Notes under the pieces: model-generated | Told to the model about the DNA's origin: nothing | What the model saw: the letters and a program-made list of their open reading frames with translations, nothing else | Databases searched by the model: none | Made by a program: the position numbers and the translations under genes | Shown here: positions 26,709 through 41,029 of the stretch, one piece after another | How positions within the stretch are numbered: position 1 is the stretch's first letter | Layout: each line of letters begins with the position of its first letter | NCBI GenBank assembly: GCA_020891255.1 | Contig: BQFW01000012.1 | Span: 744,001 to 808,000 of the forward strand | Source of the DNA: Entomortierella parvispora E1425 | Lineage: Eukaryota > Fungi > Mortierellomycota | Length of the DNA stretch: 64,000 bases | Direction of reading: 5' to 3'

Positions 26709-27082
26709 AAAAAATGAGGTCAAAGTACATAGAACATATCATTACCACTCCCCTCCCCCCAGCATGTAGAATAAAAGAAAATCTGTCATCTCGCATCTGT
26801 AATGAAGAATCGTCGACCTGCAACATATCTTTCACAGTCCAGGGAAAAAGGGGCCAGAGTTGGGTTCTCTGCACTGCGAACGTTATTTTGATGGGCGGCT
26901 ACAAAATGATCAGTCATGAGCCATGGCGCTCGTGTTTGCTATGGAGCTTGAAGCCGTCTTTGGCGGAAAATGTATATGAGATTGCAAGGTGAAGCGAGTT
27001 TGTTTTACTATTACACGGAATTTGTTCTTTGTTTTTTTGAAATAGGCCAGCATCTTTCTCTCTTTAGCCTCATGCTTCCCAA

Positions 27083-30000
27083 CTAGAATAAAGTGTTCCC
27101 ACTGTATGCCCCTCCATTGTTTTGCTGCTGTGCGTTGAAAGAGTTCATGCCTCCAAAGCCCGTAGCCTGAGAAGACAAGAATCCGCTCGACGGTGATGAA
27201 GCAGCTCCACCTGCTGCAGCCAGCTGGAACGGGTTGTTGCTTGTCGTATTGCTCCGACCCAAAAATCCGCTGTTATCTGAAGAGGAAACAGAGGGTCCAC
27301 CAATGTCGATCAAGGAGTTGCTATTGTTTCCAGCCAAACTCTGGAAGGGGTTGGCGACTCCTGTGGGGTTCGATTTCACGGTGCCACGATCACCCAATCC
27401 AAATCCATGGTACCTATAGTTTGTTTTCGATAGTCGTTAGATTCAAAAGCTCTCTTGGATCTCAGACAAACAAAACCAAAAGCGGAATTTACGTTGGAAT
27501 TCGAAGCTGTCCAGTGTTGCCAAAGGTATCCATTCCATCGTCACGGTTATTGAGTGCCATGGCGAGGTGTGCATATTTTTCATCATTGGCGTTGGGAGCC
27601 TTTGTAGGAGCAGCCTAGTGAACAGAAATGAATCAGATGAGGACTTTACTTTCTTAAGAGAGACTGGAGACAAGCATTATACTGATCGCAGGCTTACAGG
27701 TTGGCTTGTTGAGGGTGAGCTGGAAGTCATGGCGTTTTGCAAGAATGCAAGTTCACCAAGAGGGTTGTTGTTGCTGTTGCTGTTCGTGCTGTTGGTACCG
27801 TTGTTCATACTGTTCATACCAGAGCCAGAGTTGAAGCCGTTCATTCCAGTCATAGCAGGTTTTTGAGCAAAAGCACTGAAGGGGTTATTGGAACCAATGG
27901 CAGGAGCGCCTGTCATCTGTGGCATCATCTGCTGCTGATAAGGGTTGTTCATGTTCATAAAGGCCAATTGTTGCTGTTGTTGAGCTTGCTGCTGTGCCAG
28001 CTGCTGCTGCATCAGTAGTTGTTGTTGGGCTTGTTGCTGAGCAAGCTGCTGTTGCTGGAACTGGAGATATGGATTGTTGAAGCCGGTCTGTTGCTGTTGG
28101 AGGTAGGCTGTGTTGTCATTGCCGTACTCGTTCATAGCCGCAAATGCATCAAAGTTGGCATTATTATTATTATTGTTGCTTCCAGATCCTCCGAAGTCAT
28201 TAGCAAAAAAGTCAGTGTTGTTTTGTTGCAGTTGTTGTTGCTCGTAAAGGTTGACTGGCCTATTCAACGATAAAGAGAGTTATCAGCATTGAGAGCATTC
28301 CTGTTAGGATCGTCCAAGGTCTCACAACTATACAATTTCGAAACGTACTTTGAGTCGACATCCCAATCTTCTGTCAGCGAAAGCTCGTTATACTTTTCCA
28401 CAGTCTTCATGCGGTCTTGTTCCTCTTTCCTGCTCAGCTCAAGGGCTTTCTGGAGATCATCTTCCTCACTGATAGATTTTTTTGTTTCGCAGCAAGAAAA
28501 GGCAGTGCGAGTGACAGGGTTAATTTTTTTTCTTTCTTTCTCGTGGCGTACCTTGTGCGCACTATTTTGTGTTGCATGGTAACACAATCTGAAGTGCATG
28601 ACATACCTATTGCGCCCGCTCTCGTTCTGGGCCATCCGTCTACTTTCTTCCAAAGCCCTTTGCAAGTCGCGGTCATCGTCACCCGCGCCAGGTCCTTCAT
28701 ATACCGGAGTATGATCCTCATGATCTCCGCGGCCACTCATGCGGTCTCTCATGGCATTGCGTGATCTGCGCTCCTCTTTCAATCGGGACTCATCTGACAA
28801 CAAGGCGGTGATATCCTTCGCCTTCTGACGAACTATGATTCCAAGAAGTACGGAAAGCAACTTGTCAGTCTCCGGGGTGGATCACTATTCTAAGGTCTCC
28901 AATGAACCGGGGGCCCAGCACACCAGGAACCTACCGTTTGATCCTTGATCCTTGCCTTCTTCATCAATATACTGAAACTCCTTCAACGTTTTCACGATGT
29001 ATAAGTTCTCACGAGCGTACTTGACTACACTCTCAGAACCTATAGAATAGGGATGGATGTGGAGGTGGTGCGTGTTTAGTAAAGAGATGATAAAATGATC
29101 CCGTGTTGTCTCCTCAAAAAAAAGCTGTCCATGAATCCAATCTTTATCTTTCCACATACCAACGTGGAGCAGATAATCCAGAACTGTCAATGCCTAAGTC
29201 AAAGAAACCAACAAAAGACAAGAAAGAAAAAAGTGTCAGTCCATCGGCTGAATATGGCCCAGTTCAGACGCTCCTGGTTTGATGCGTTTTCGACTGATTC
29301 AAACTATGATGTTGTCCAATCGCTCTTGCAATTCGTCCCTTTGCGCAAAGCCGCCTCTTCTCCAGAACGTGAGCAAAAACGGGCAACACAAAGATCGAAG
29401 GGGTATACACAGTGCAACACGCAAAAAACAAAACGGTCCTCTTCTCCCCCGTGGCTATTGCCAAGTCCCGAGTCATCGATGGGTTATCAAGTCGGCAGTA
29501 CAAAAGAGAAGTGAAAAAAGATAAAATCGACAGGGTGCTTGCTGGTGGTGTGTGTACTGGAACAATTCTCTGCCGTATCAGCTCGATTCCGTCGAAGGTT
29601 GTAGGTTTGTCTTACCTTGAAGACATGTCGCCAGTTTTTGCCCTTGTCGTTCATTCGCTTGTCCAGAATCTCCATAATCTCGAGAAACTCTTGTCTAGCA
29701 TGAGAGAAGAGCAAGGCGCCATTCGTTTAGAGAACGAAAACGTAAAGAGAGCTTGTTCGCACGGGCGTTTGCTCTTTTTTTTTTTTTTTTTTTTTTTTTC
29801 TTTTTTCCTTCTTGTTTGCATTAGTCTTACTGATTGAAGGTCGCTCGGGCAAGCTCATTCATTTGTGTTCCGCTGGGACCCCATGGGTCATTGGAAGTCG
29901 CCTCTCTGACTTTGGCCTGCATGTCAGTGTAGCCCTTGGAAAAGTTTTTGCTAGAGAGTAAAATGATGATAGGGCAGACAACGGTCAGTTTTTCTTTCTA

Positions 30001-30089
30001 CAGAGAGAGAAGAACAGAAAGGTCGGCGAGGGTGCTTACATCGAGCGAATGGTGCTCTTTGCGGCATATTTGGGGGTGGCACTAGCCAT
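27083..30089 (-). CDS. Epsin (ENTH domain, 2 UIMs, Q/N-rich region, NPF motifs), multi-exon
   Basis: KVREATSNDPWGPSGT, KNWRHVFK, LYIVKTLKEFQYIDEEGKDQG; UIMs DLQRALEESRR and DLQKALELSR; three NPF motifs. Ent1/Ent2-like. Confidence 0.92.
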
Positions 30090-30097
30090 GGCGGATG

Positions 30098-30172
30098 GGT
30101 TGTATGTGTGTGAGTGTGAGTGTGAGTGTGAGTGTGAGTGTGTGAGAGTGTGTGAGAGTGAGAGTGAGTGTG
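30098..30172. repeat. (GTGAGT)n/(GT)n microsatellite in the epsin 5' region
   Basis: Direct repeats visible in the sequence. Confidence 0.85.
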
Positions 30173-30318
30173 TAGGAAAGAAGGAGTAGGTGAGAAAGCA
30201 GAGAGGAGAAAGGGCTGATTTGGAGAGGGCTGAAGAGAAGAAGAGCAGTCTCTGGGAGACAAAGAGGGGAAAAAAGAAGAGAGAGAAGGGAAGGAATTGA
30301 TATGGATTGATGAATAAA

Positions 30319-30365
30319 GAGAGAAGAGAGAGAAGAGAGAGAAGAGAGAGAAGAGAGAGAAGAGA
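30319..30365. repeat. (GAGAGAAGA)n repeat
   Basis: About five 9-bp copies. Confidence 0.85.
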
Positions 30366-30540
30366 GTGAGTGGACCAAGGGACAAAGAAAACGCAACGAA
30401 GGAAGAGAAGGAAAAGGCAAGAGGCGCCGTGTACCGTAACTGTCGGTCGGGTCTCCCAAGTGCGGTCAGTCGGCACCGACCGACATGACCTCATTTGCAT
30501 TTGCGGGGAAATGCATCACATGACCCGTGTTGGTGGCGCA

Positions 30541-30583
30541 CCCTTTTCGCCCTTTTCGCCCTTTTCGCCCTTTTCGCCCTTTT
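30541..30583. repeat. (CCCTTTTCG)n repeat in the epsin/DAO divergent promoter
   Basis: About 4.5 copies of a 9-mer. Confidence 0.85.
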
Positions 30584-30807
30584 GTCAACCGTCGTCTCTT
30601 TGCTCTCTCTCGCAGAACGCCTCTCTTGCCTGGACCCCACTGACTCATTCAACTCTTCTTTGTCTCCATCTCCATCTCATTCCAGACTCACCTTCTCTGG
30701 GCTTCTTTTTGCTGGTTGACTCTTCTTGTCCTTCCCTGTCGCTTGCTTTCCCCACTTCCACACTTCCACATTCTTTCTTCTCCAGTCTTTGACCGCTCTA
30801 CTTTTTG

Positions 30808-32474
30808 ATGTCTCAACCAAAGTGCCGTGTGAACATTCTCGGCGCCGGAGTCTCTGGCCTCACCACCGCCCTGGTGCTTCTCCAGAACAGCCATTACTCT
30901 GTGCAGATCATCGCCACGCACCTGCCTAGCGAACTGGCTCTCGATTACACGTCTCCCTGGTAACGAGTCTAGAGGACCCTGTCGCACCGTGCGCCTGTCT
31001 GGTTGCTGCTCTTTAACTTTTAGCCCCGACATCTGACCTTGTCGATCGTGTGACAATTTCTTTCTTACTTTTGCTTCCTATTCACCAGGGCGGGAGCCCA
31101 CTGGCGATCCTATGCCGACATTGATGATCTGGATCAACAAGGTGATTATCGCTATCGACTTTTAGTCTGGCCCCAGAAAGACGCTTTCATGATCTCCAAT
31201 GACTTAGAGTCCGCTTTCAACATACATAGCATTGGACACCGCCACTTTCAAGCACTTGACTCATTTAGCTAAACATGAGCCAAACGCTGGCGTTATGTTC
31301 CTGTACGGCCACGATTATTGGGACGTCAAACCAAAGGACTTTGTAGACCCCTGGTTCAAGACCTTGGTCGAGGATGTAAGTCATCTTGGTTTCTTCCTGT
31401 TGCTCAGAGTTCTGCTCCAGAATCACGACCATTGACCAACGCCAACGCGTTCTCATTCCTTACTGCATGAACTCCAAAAGTATCACTATATCCCGGTGGC
31501 CGATCTTCCTCGCGGAGTCGAGTTTGGGATCCGTTACCGCACTGGTACTATGTATTCCACGTCAGCAGAGGAAGGTATCGTTGCAGGCGCTGAACCTTTT
31601 TGCCTTTCCAATTTCTTTTTTTCCATAGTGTCGGTGAATGCGCCCAAGTATCTTGTCTATCTCCAAGAAAAGGTCCTCGCCCTTGGCGCAACTATTCACC
31701 ATGGAACAGTCGCAAGTCTCAAGGAACTTGCTCAGATCCCTCACGGGTCCTCTAGAGCCGATGTGATCATCAATTGCTCTGGTCTTGGAAGTCGTATTCT
31801 CGGCGGTGTCCTCGACCACCAAATGTTCCCAACTCGCGGTCAGATCGTGATCGTCAAAGTCGATGATGCCCTGTGGCCTCTCGCAAAGCAGTTTACTTGC
31901 GAGCGCTATGCAGAAGGCAGTGCTATGGGCAAGGGAACCATTACATATGTCATCCCAAGAGTGATCCCAGGCCAAGAATCCGCCAACGGTGAGATTGTCC
32001 TAGGTGGAACAATGCAGCATTGGGACTGGTAAGTAGACAATTGTAGCGATAACTTTTCCAGGATGTGGAGACAATGCCAAGGCACCAAGCATATGACTAA
32101 CTTTGACTGTTCAATTATTTATCAACAGGGGCAACGACAAGGAGACAACATCCGAGGAGACAACCAACGCGATCTTGAGGAGAGTCAGAGAGACAAAACC
32201 TGATTTATTCACCACGGCCAAGGTACTTAGGAGCTGTGCCGGTCTTCGACCAAACCGCAGAGGAGGTGTCCGTGTCTCTGCGGCGGTGGAGCAGCTTGAC
32301 TGGAACGAGGGTTGGGAGAAGCCAGTGCTGGTCGTTGCTCACAACTACGGTCACGCAGGATTTGGATACCAGGCCTCAGTTGGCTGTGCAAACAAGGTGG
32401 TGGCTGAAATTGAAAGGTCGCTGCAGCAGCTGGACCGAGCACGCGCTAGCTCAAAGACCATGTCCAAACTGTAG
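30808..32474 (+). CDS. DAO: D-amino-acid oxidase, peroxisomal (6 exons)
   Basis: VNILGAGVSGLTTA, YTSPWAGAHW, IINCSGLG, RGQ, GLRP, HNYGHAGFGYQ motifs; ends in SKL*. Confidence 0.92.
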
Positions 32475-32892
32475 GATCAGAGATATAAAAGTCGTAGAAG
32501 AATCAAAGAAGACGATAAAGAGGAGGAGGAAGACGAGTAGAATCGAAATAAAATGAAAAGGAAGGACGAAAGACCATGAATTGGGCTGCAAGGGACGGGG
32601 CGCCCCCGTTTCTGTTGGAGAGACCAGACCAGGGAGACGTGCGTGCGTGTGATTTGAGTGGTGCGTGCGTGCGGTGTCATCGTCCTCTTTTGCATGCCAT
32701 TTGGGCGTGCGCTTTCTCTGTTCCTGTTCTCTTGTTCTTTGTCCATTCATTCATTCCCTTTCTTTCTACCGCCAGTCCTTCTCACACCGCAACTACATTA
32801 CTCCTTTCCCTTTGCTCCCTCACTTACATTACTTTTCCATTCAACTCCATCTCCCCTTGACCCACAAAGACAACAGCACAAAGAAGCTCACC

Positions 32893-35800
32893 ATGGCACC
32901 CTCCATGCCAAGACCAAAGGCTCGCCGCAGAAGAAACGCCACCGTCTTGGCCCTTGCCGCCGCGATTTTGCTTGTTACTAGTCAGAGCCTTGTGGGCCAG
33001 GCTGATGCACAGCTTCTACTTGCACGACCACCACTCGACAAAGTTCAAGAGGCAGTGACTTTGACGAACGTGGAGAGCGAGCTTTTCTTCAACCCTCAGG
33101 AGCAGCAGCAAATACCGCTGGGGCGCCAGCAACCATTGGCACACAAGCAGCACTCACATGAGGAACTGAGGCAAGAGTGCGAGCGATACCTTTCCACGCC
33201 ACCCGTCTTCAACAACGGACAGACAGGGATCACAGGGACGACCTCTGCCGTGCCCGCGGAACCACGGTTGGTCGGCCTTTCCGAGCCACCTATCAATAAC
33301 ACCTATCGACTCTGGTACCGCACTCCTGCAAAGTCCCTTGAGCGCGAGGGACTGATGATCGGCAACGGGCGCATCCAGGCACTCATTGGCGGGGCCATCA
33401 ATGTGGAACGCTTGGTTCTGTCTGAGGAGTCATGCTGGTCAGGTGGACCTGGTGAGGCCAGAAACAATAACCAAGGGAACGAGGGCCAACTCATTGACGA
33501 CTATCGAGGTGGGAATGTGCCACCAGAAGAATCCTCGGACCGACAACAGGCCCTGCAAGATCTCAGGGATGTACTAAAGGAGAAGCGAAGGATCGGACCC
33601 ATGGACCCGATCGCCAAAAAACTGCGAGGCGATGAACGTCATTTCGGGCAGCAAGAAGCCTTTGGCGAGATTATTGTGGAAGAGCTCCGTCCTTTTGAAA
33701 AAGTTGAGCAGTATCGACGGGAACTGGATCTGGAGACGGGTGTTCTTAGGGTGCAGTTCACATCGGGTGGGATTCAGTACACGAGGTATGAACGCAACAC
33801 ATGACCTTGTTTCTCTATCTACAAGGGCTTGTCCTATTGGTGAGTTTAGCAGTGTCCTTGGCTGACACGACTTCGACTCTTTAATGAATTAGGGAGCACT
33901 TCTGCAGCTATCCAGAGTCTGTTTGTATGATGCGAATCCAGGGTTCGGTACCAAAATCCGTCAACATCAAGGTATCACTCAGGACAGACCACCCTGGAAT
34001 GGAATTCACCAATGTCCACAACAGACTTGGTATCCAGGGCCAGCTGCAGTCCAACAACATGACACTGGAGGGTATGGTCGCCGTCAAGACCGAGGGCGCC
34101 ACAGGGGTTTCAATGTCCAACAATCGCCAGGTTGTAGCCTTGAGCTTTGATAGTGCGACTCTTTATTACTCGCTGGGAACTGGATGGACCGCTAATGCAT
34201 ACCCAACATTCGAGGACAAGGACCCACACGAGCGTCTTGTTTCGTCAATGGATAAGGCCGTCGGAGCTTGGTACAATGATCAGTACTTGAAGCATCTGAA
34301 GGATTACCAGGACCTCTTCCAATCCTTCCAGTTGATTCTGGGAGACCCTGTTGAGAACAAGTTACCTACAAACGAGCTGATCGACGCCATTCGACGTGGA
34401 AGAGCTGGAAATGAAGAGACGTACATGGAGTTGTTACTTTTCCAGTACAGTCGATATCTCCTAATCGCCTCCTCCCGACCTGGATCCTTGCCTATCAGTG
34501 GCAGAACTATTTGGACTGCAGATGTCGACTTGGCGGATGACTCCCCAAGGTAAGATGCACTGGAGAGCAATATTTTGTAGAAGGGATAGGTTATTGTACC
34601 AGGATCTAATGTCTTTTTTGGACAATTTTAGAGGAGGATACAACCTGGACATTGAACTTCAAATGAACTACTGGCTCGCGGAAAGCACAGGACTGGGAGA
34701 GACTGTAACTCCTTTAATTGATTATATGGAGCAGCTCCTCGTCCCTCGTGGCCAAGAAACTGCACTTTTGCACCATGGGGCTCGCGGTTGGATGAGTCAT
34801 GCTTTTTCTAATATTTGGGCACACACAGGGCCTACTGCTCAGCCCAATGCATTCTACTTTCCAGCGTCAGCTGCATGGCTCTGCCAGCATGCCTGGGACA
34901 GATACCTCTACGGTCAGGACTATTACTTTTTGAGGGATCACGCCTACAAGCTCATGAAAGGTGCCTCTCAATTCTGGCTGGACACTTTGATCAAGCGTAA
35001 CGACAGCGGACCTCTTGTCAGCTCACCATCGTATTCGCCAGAGCATGGACCATATACCGAGGGATCGGCTCTGGATCAGCAATTGATATGGCAACTGTTC
35101 AATAACACCTTGGAAGCCATTGCAGTTGTTGGAGAGAAGGATAAGCTCTTTGTTCAGAACCTGACGATGGCTCTCCAGGATTTATCCCCAGGTCTCAAGA
35201 TTGGAAATTGGAACCAATTGCAAGAATGGGACTTGGATTTGGATGATCCCAATGAGCGACATTGGCACCTGGCCCCATTTTGGGCAGTATATCCTGGACA
35301 CCAAGTCTTTGGATACGAGTCTCCAAACACCGAGGCGACCGGGGCTGTGACGGAAGACGAGTTGCTGGAGGCTGCCAAGGAACATTTGCGACGTCGTGGA
35401 TCTGGACAAGTGGGCGACACGAACTATGGCTGGGCGAAAACTTGGCGTGCTGCTTTGTGGGCCAGACTGGGAGAAGGCCGAGCAGCTTACGAAATGCTGA
35501 CCTTGTTCCGTAGGGCAAATTTGGTGACAAAAGAGCATGCAAACTTGATCAACTTTAATGAGCTCTCTGGTCAGCTTGGCTATGGAGCAGCCATGGTGGA
35601 GATGTTGATTCAGAATCGCGTCCCAGGTCAAATTGACGTTTTGCCCTGCACCTCTTACCCAGTTTCCTCGTTATCAGCCGAAAAAGGTCTTCCTGAAACT
35701 TGGCTTGCCAAAGGAGAACTCCAAGGTTTCCGCACGCGAGATGGTCAGGTCATCTCTGTTGCCTGGGAGCAAGGTGCTGCGAGGACGGTAGAAATTTTGG

Positions 35801-36018
35801 CGAGTTTGAACGCGGTGCCTAACTTGCGCGTCCGGATCCGCAGTTTGGGAGGAGATGACGGTGAGGAGGAGGCTGGAGCGAAATCGACACCAACGGATAA
35901 GATCCATGTAACACTCAAAGGAAATGGCAAGCCAGTGTTGTTCAGCCGAGAACGCGACACTGTAGTGCTGCCGAGCATGTCCAAGGGCCAGACATACTTG
36001 ATTCAGATCGACCCTTAG
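32893..36018 (+). CDS. Glycoside hydrolase family 95 (alpha-L-fucosidase-like), secreted, 3 exons
   Basis: GLMIGNGR, LSEESCWSGGP, YRRELDL, LFQYSRYLLIASSRPG, NLDIELQMNYW, SPSYSPEH, LQEW, RHWHL motifs. Confidence 0.9.
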
Positions 36019-36373
36019 AAGTGCTCTCTGCATCTATTATATATTCTTCTTTTTTTTCTTACTCGACAGCACGCACAGCCACAATATACACAAATCTACC
36101 AGAATCTACTCTTGTTTAGGTCAATGCTTGTGGGTAGGATGAGAAGAAAGACACATTGAAACAACCTCCTCCTTGACCTTGACGCGTCCTGCACGCGAGC
36201 AAATTTCCCACAAAGAATGCGGACGTCACCTTTGAAAAAAAAAAGTTCTGGTCTTGTGCACCCTTTGTTGGTTCAGGACTCAGATTTTTTTTTTTTTTTT
36301 TATTCTTTTGTTCTTTTGTCCTTTTGTTCTTTTGTTCCTTTGCTTTATCCCTTTCGTCCATCCCCCGACTACC

Positions 36374-39300
36374 ATGGACTCGAACGAGGCTCCATCGCCT
36401 GCGCCTGCGGCGCCTGCCCCATCGGCAAAGATGTCCACGGTCCCCGATGCCAAGCCAGATGTAGACAAGCAAAACATCAAGTCTAGCAACAACCGCAATA
36501 GTAACAACAACAATGCACAATCTCCTTCACGGCCATCAAACCCCAGATGGAATCCCTCATCCGGCAGTCCCGCTCTCAAGGGTGCCGGAGCCGGAGCAGG
36601 AACGACCAAACCCTCTGGACCCAGTGGTCATGCCAATGAGAATGCCAACCAGGATTCATCAAAGACTCAATCACACCAGCGCGCCGCCGACTCTGACAAA
36701 CCCAGCGACACTTCCTCTGCAGGCAAGGAGAAGAAATCCGCAGGCAGTGAACATGGACCTGCTCAGGAGTCCCAGAGAAACAGCAGTGAACCGACCCCTT
36801 CTTCCTCGTACAACCACCACCCAAACTCATCGCACCCGAGTCGTGGTGGACGCGGACGAGGTAGCCGAGGCGGAGGAAGCTCGTTCACTCAAGGAGGATC
36901 TGACCGTCCATCAGAGTCGACTAATGACCACTCTAGCAAACCCCTTGACTCTGCCTCCCGTTTTGCCGCATCTTCTGGAGGAGGGGGCCGCGGTCGTGGT
37001 GGGTACACGAGCGGGTACTCGTCCAGGGGAAGAGGAGGGAGCAATGGCTCTTTTTCAGGCAGGGGGGATGTCCGACTGAGCGAAGGCGAAGACAGTATCC
37101 GTGGCCGAAAGTTTGACCGAAGACCTCCATCCAGTAGCCATCGCTCCGCCCACCCTGACTCTACAGACTCTATGACAACCAAACTGGAACCTTCTTCATC
37201 CTCGTATGTCACCTCTGGCGACGCTAGCAACATTGTCGGCAACAGCAATATCGAAAAGTCTGCAAAGGACAGTACGAGCACTCAGGCCGTCCCCTCAGAG
37301 CAGCGCTCCTCTGGCACCACGGGAGTAAGTGAATTCAAGAGAGCTCAGCAAATGGTAACACGATCGCCGCGTTCTCCACGCTCTCCAAGACGGGGATTCG
37401 AAAGAGGGGCGGATGCAAGGAATGGTCTCAGTGAACATGCAACTCCAGAGACCACTTCTGTTTCCGCTGCTACCCCACGGACGACGACAGAAAGTCAGGA
37501 TCTACCAAAGACTGCTTCTGCTCCCACAGACGCCACTTCGACTTCCGAGCAGTCTGCAGGTAAACAGAAGCCGGATCTCACAGTAACTCCCTCTTCTGCT
37601 ACCATTGTGGAAGGGGCATCGACAGACAGTCCATCCCAATCAGCTCCTGCAACCCCTCCCAAGAAGCGCAAGCAAACTCGAAAGAATCGAAAGAATGACG
37701 ATGAGGTTTCTTCCACAGTGTCAGCTGGTTCAGGAAAAGACAACGCGGATTTGACGACTGCAGCGCCAACAGCGGCTGGTCAAAGAGGTAACCAGGCCCA
37801 GCCAAATGCATCCAGCTTACGAGCTCATTCGAAGGAACCGTCTGGAGCAGATACCAATGCCAAGAAGGAATCAACAGATGGAACCTGGGTCCCAAAATCG
37901 AAGACCACTCGACCCCAGCCAAGAGAAAATAGTGGCATCAGTCCTGGATATTTGGGTAAGAACCCTATCCCAAACTATCAAAGACCTCATACCCAGGACT
38001 CAAGGCGCGCATCTGAGGTGACCCAAGGAGCAGTTAGTGGAGACGCTGTGTCGACCGCAACCACAGATATGGCAACCTCCACTCAAAGGTCAAAGAAGAA
38101 GGCGCCCAAGGATGACACGCCTATCCTTCTGCAGTCAGGATGGGGAGAACCACATGAGGCGCTTGTAGCTTCTACTGTTGAGTCAGGAGGCTGGGGAGAG
38201 ACTGTGAATCCGGCGTTGCGTTGGGGCGAAGAAGTTCCTTGGGACTCGCATGTTGGCAACGTACCGCCTCCAGATTCAGACTGGGCTAAGGAGTCCCCTG
38301 CCGACACCAGTCAGCGTCATAATCGCCAGACCCCCCGAGAGGGCCGTGAAAGCTTGAATGCCCGGAGAGACAAGCTTGGCTCAGGGGATCAAACTCTTAG
38401 TCGACCTTCTCGTGAACGTAACGACTATGGAGCAGGTAGAGACGGACCCGGTCCCAGCAGGGGTAGTGCAGTAACAGGTGATGCTCGCTTCAGCCGTGCT
38501 ACGCAGCCCTCTGGAGAGACCCACCAGCAGCGTAGAATCGGGAGGTATCAGGAAGAACGCACAAACGGCGACGCCAGTGTCTCAGAGGAAAGACCCACCG
38601 CAGACTCTGTGCCGCCCAAGGATGCACGATCGTCTTTGGACAAACGCAATGAGCGACTGGCACTTCAGCGGGGACCACACCCTAAAGAGCGCCGCCCCAG
38701 TCGCTCTGATCTACAGAACCAACAAAGTGGTGATGCAACTACCTTGGAGGCAGTGGGCAAAGAGAGAGCTGATGATGAGGTGACAACAAATAACACGACA
38801 CGCTCAGGGCCGGGTGCCCCTCAAGCGGTACCCGCCGCTGCAAATGAACCAGCCACTGGCTCTGTGTCCCAGCGCCACTCTCAAAGTAAGGAGGGATTCT
38901 CCCAAAAGTCTTCAGATATTCGACTGGATCCTCGATATAACCCAAATAGCGATCGAGAAAGCACTGGCTTCAGCTCCTCACGGCCCAGTTACTCTAGAAG
39001 CGGTAGCTCATTCACCAGCTACCAGCAAAGAAGTCAGTCATCAAGTTCTATTGTTTCTCAGGATGCAAACCAACAACGCGGCTCAATTCCCGGCAGATCC
39101 AAACTAGGAAATGCATCTGAGCCTAAGCTGCGGACTCCACAGCGACCTGTAAGTGTATAAGTGTATTATTTTGGTGCTCATAGTGTATTTACAGCGTGGA
39201 CATTGGATTAACGTCAACTTTTTTTCTTTTCTTTCCACCAAGCCGTTATTCTCCACCTCGCTCAAGTGCCAAATGTCCTGGGAAGAGATGGGATTGAAGC

Positions 39301-40809
39301 CATGTGTTCTTGAGAGTATCCAAAGGGCCGGGTATGCAAGAATTATCTGCTAATTTTGGACAAGGAACCATACACTGATTTGAGATGCTAATGATTCTCT
39401 ACTATTAGACTTGAACGTCCTTCCAATATTCAAAAGTTGATGATGAAGCCTTTTACAGAAGGAAGAGACGTTTTGGCCCAATCTCAGTCTCAGCGGGATC
39501 GTACAAACACCCTTGGTATGGCCCTTCTCCAAAAACTCTCTTCCTCAGCCGAATCAGACAAGCGATGCAAGGCAATTGTTATTTGCTCTGACGGAACAGA
39601 TCCCGCTAGGGTGTTTAAGGATCTCTCCCTCTGGTTCGAGTCTTCCCCTGACCTCCGTTGTCTGTTTCTGGAAGATGCCTCGGGTGACATCCTTGCAGAT
39701 CCAGAGCAGGCTAAACAAGTGGTAGTGACAACGTTGGGACCTTTGATGGAAGTCTTGAACAAGAACCTGATGCAGATGTCAGCAGTCGAGACGGTCATGA
39801 TTTCAATGCGATCGGATGAGCTCGTAGGATTCGATGCTTTTAAGAGGTTTTGGGCTTTGTTGCCCCGTGGCGCTCAAGTGGTTCTCATGACTGGGTTGAT
39901 TCAGCCCAAGATTCAGACCATCAAGGACCACAACTTTAGATCCGACGCTGCTGTTGTTCGCGCTGATGAATTGACCCTGCAGTGGAGTGAGCACTACTAT
40001 GTGGACCTTCAAGAGTCTTCTGCCGAGCAAAAAGAGAGACTTCGTAGAGAGCGGAAGCGGCTAGGATCAAACGCACCAGATTGGAAGCGTGAACAGGAGA
40101 GAGAGGAAGAGGGTGGATCTCAGAATGCAGAGGATGAAAAGGATACCTACGACCGTCGTTGGGAAATCTTGATCAACCTTTTGACCAAGAATCCCGACAT
40201 TTCGCACATTGTGATTATTACTCAGTCCCAGAGTATGACCCAGGCTTTGACAGATCAGCTGAAGGAACAAAACTTCCCTGTGTTGTCAATTGTAAGTATT
40301 TGTTGCAACATTTCCAAGCAAACAGTATTTTGTATAAGGTGGTCGGCGGACTAAGTCATTAACCCTTTTACTCTGTTTCCTGTGTTTTCAAAGTGGAGCA
40401 TGGCCGACAAGACTGCAGTAGTGAAGCAGTTCAACGAGCCTGAACGCTGTATTCTTGTGTTGGAATCGGCCCTCATGGAGAATCTAGATCTGGACCACTA
40501 TTCCCTCCTTGTCAACTACGAGATGCCAAAGCGCGCCCTCCACTACATCTCGTCCTTTGGCCCCTTTGGTCGATCGGGTCTCAGGACGATGATGATCAAC
40601 TTCTGTGTCACCCAGGACAGGATTCAAAGACTGCTCCTCGAAGAGATAGAGTCCATGTATGATATCCGGATCCAAGAGATGAAGGTATATTCCAACTTGC
40701 TTCAATTGACTGAACAATGTACTGTCCAAAATGTTTTCCATTTTTCTGACGACTCTCTTTGTTTCTGTTGTGCTCTCCTGTGTTATCTCTCTCTTTGTAG
40801 TTGGAATAA
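36374..40809 (+). CDS. eIF4A-like DEAD-box-fold protein with degenerate catalytic motifs and a ~950-aa disordered RG-rich N-terminus
   Basis: SWEEMGLK..PSNIQ (Q motif), GRDVLAQSQSQRDRT (Walker A lost), SMRSDE (no DEAD), LVNYEMP..YISSFGPFGRSG; GT-AG introns join the ORFs. Confidence 0.8.
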
Positions 40810-41029
40810 GCCGACTCTTTCTTCCCTTCTCGCATTCTCGCTGTTTTTCCATCAAGCTATTTTGTCCCGTTCTTTCTTTCATTTCGTCTCTCATTTCCTA
40901 ATTCAGATCCATAAAGAGAAAGACTTCTGTTCATTTTATCCGACAGTGTCGCGTTCTTGCTTTTGGTGTACATAAGGATTTCCTTTTTAATTCTATTATG
41001 AGGTATTGTATTCAAGGTTGTACGCCCTC

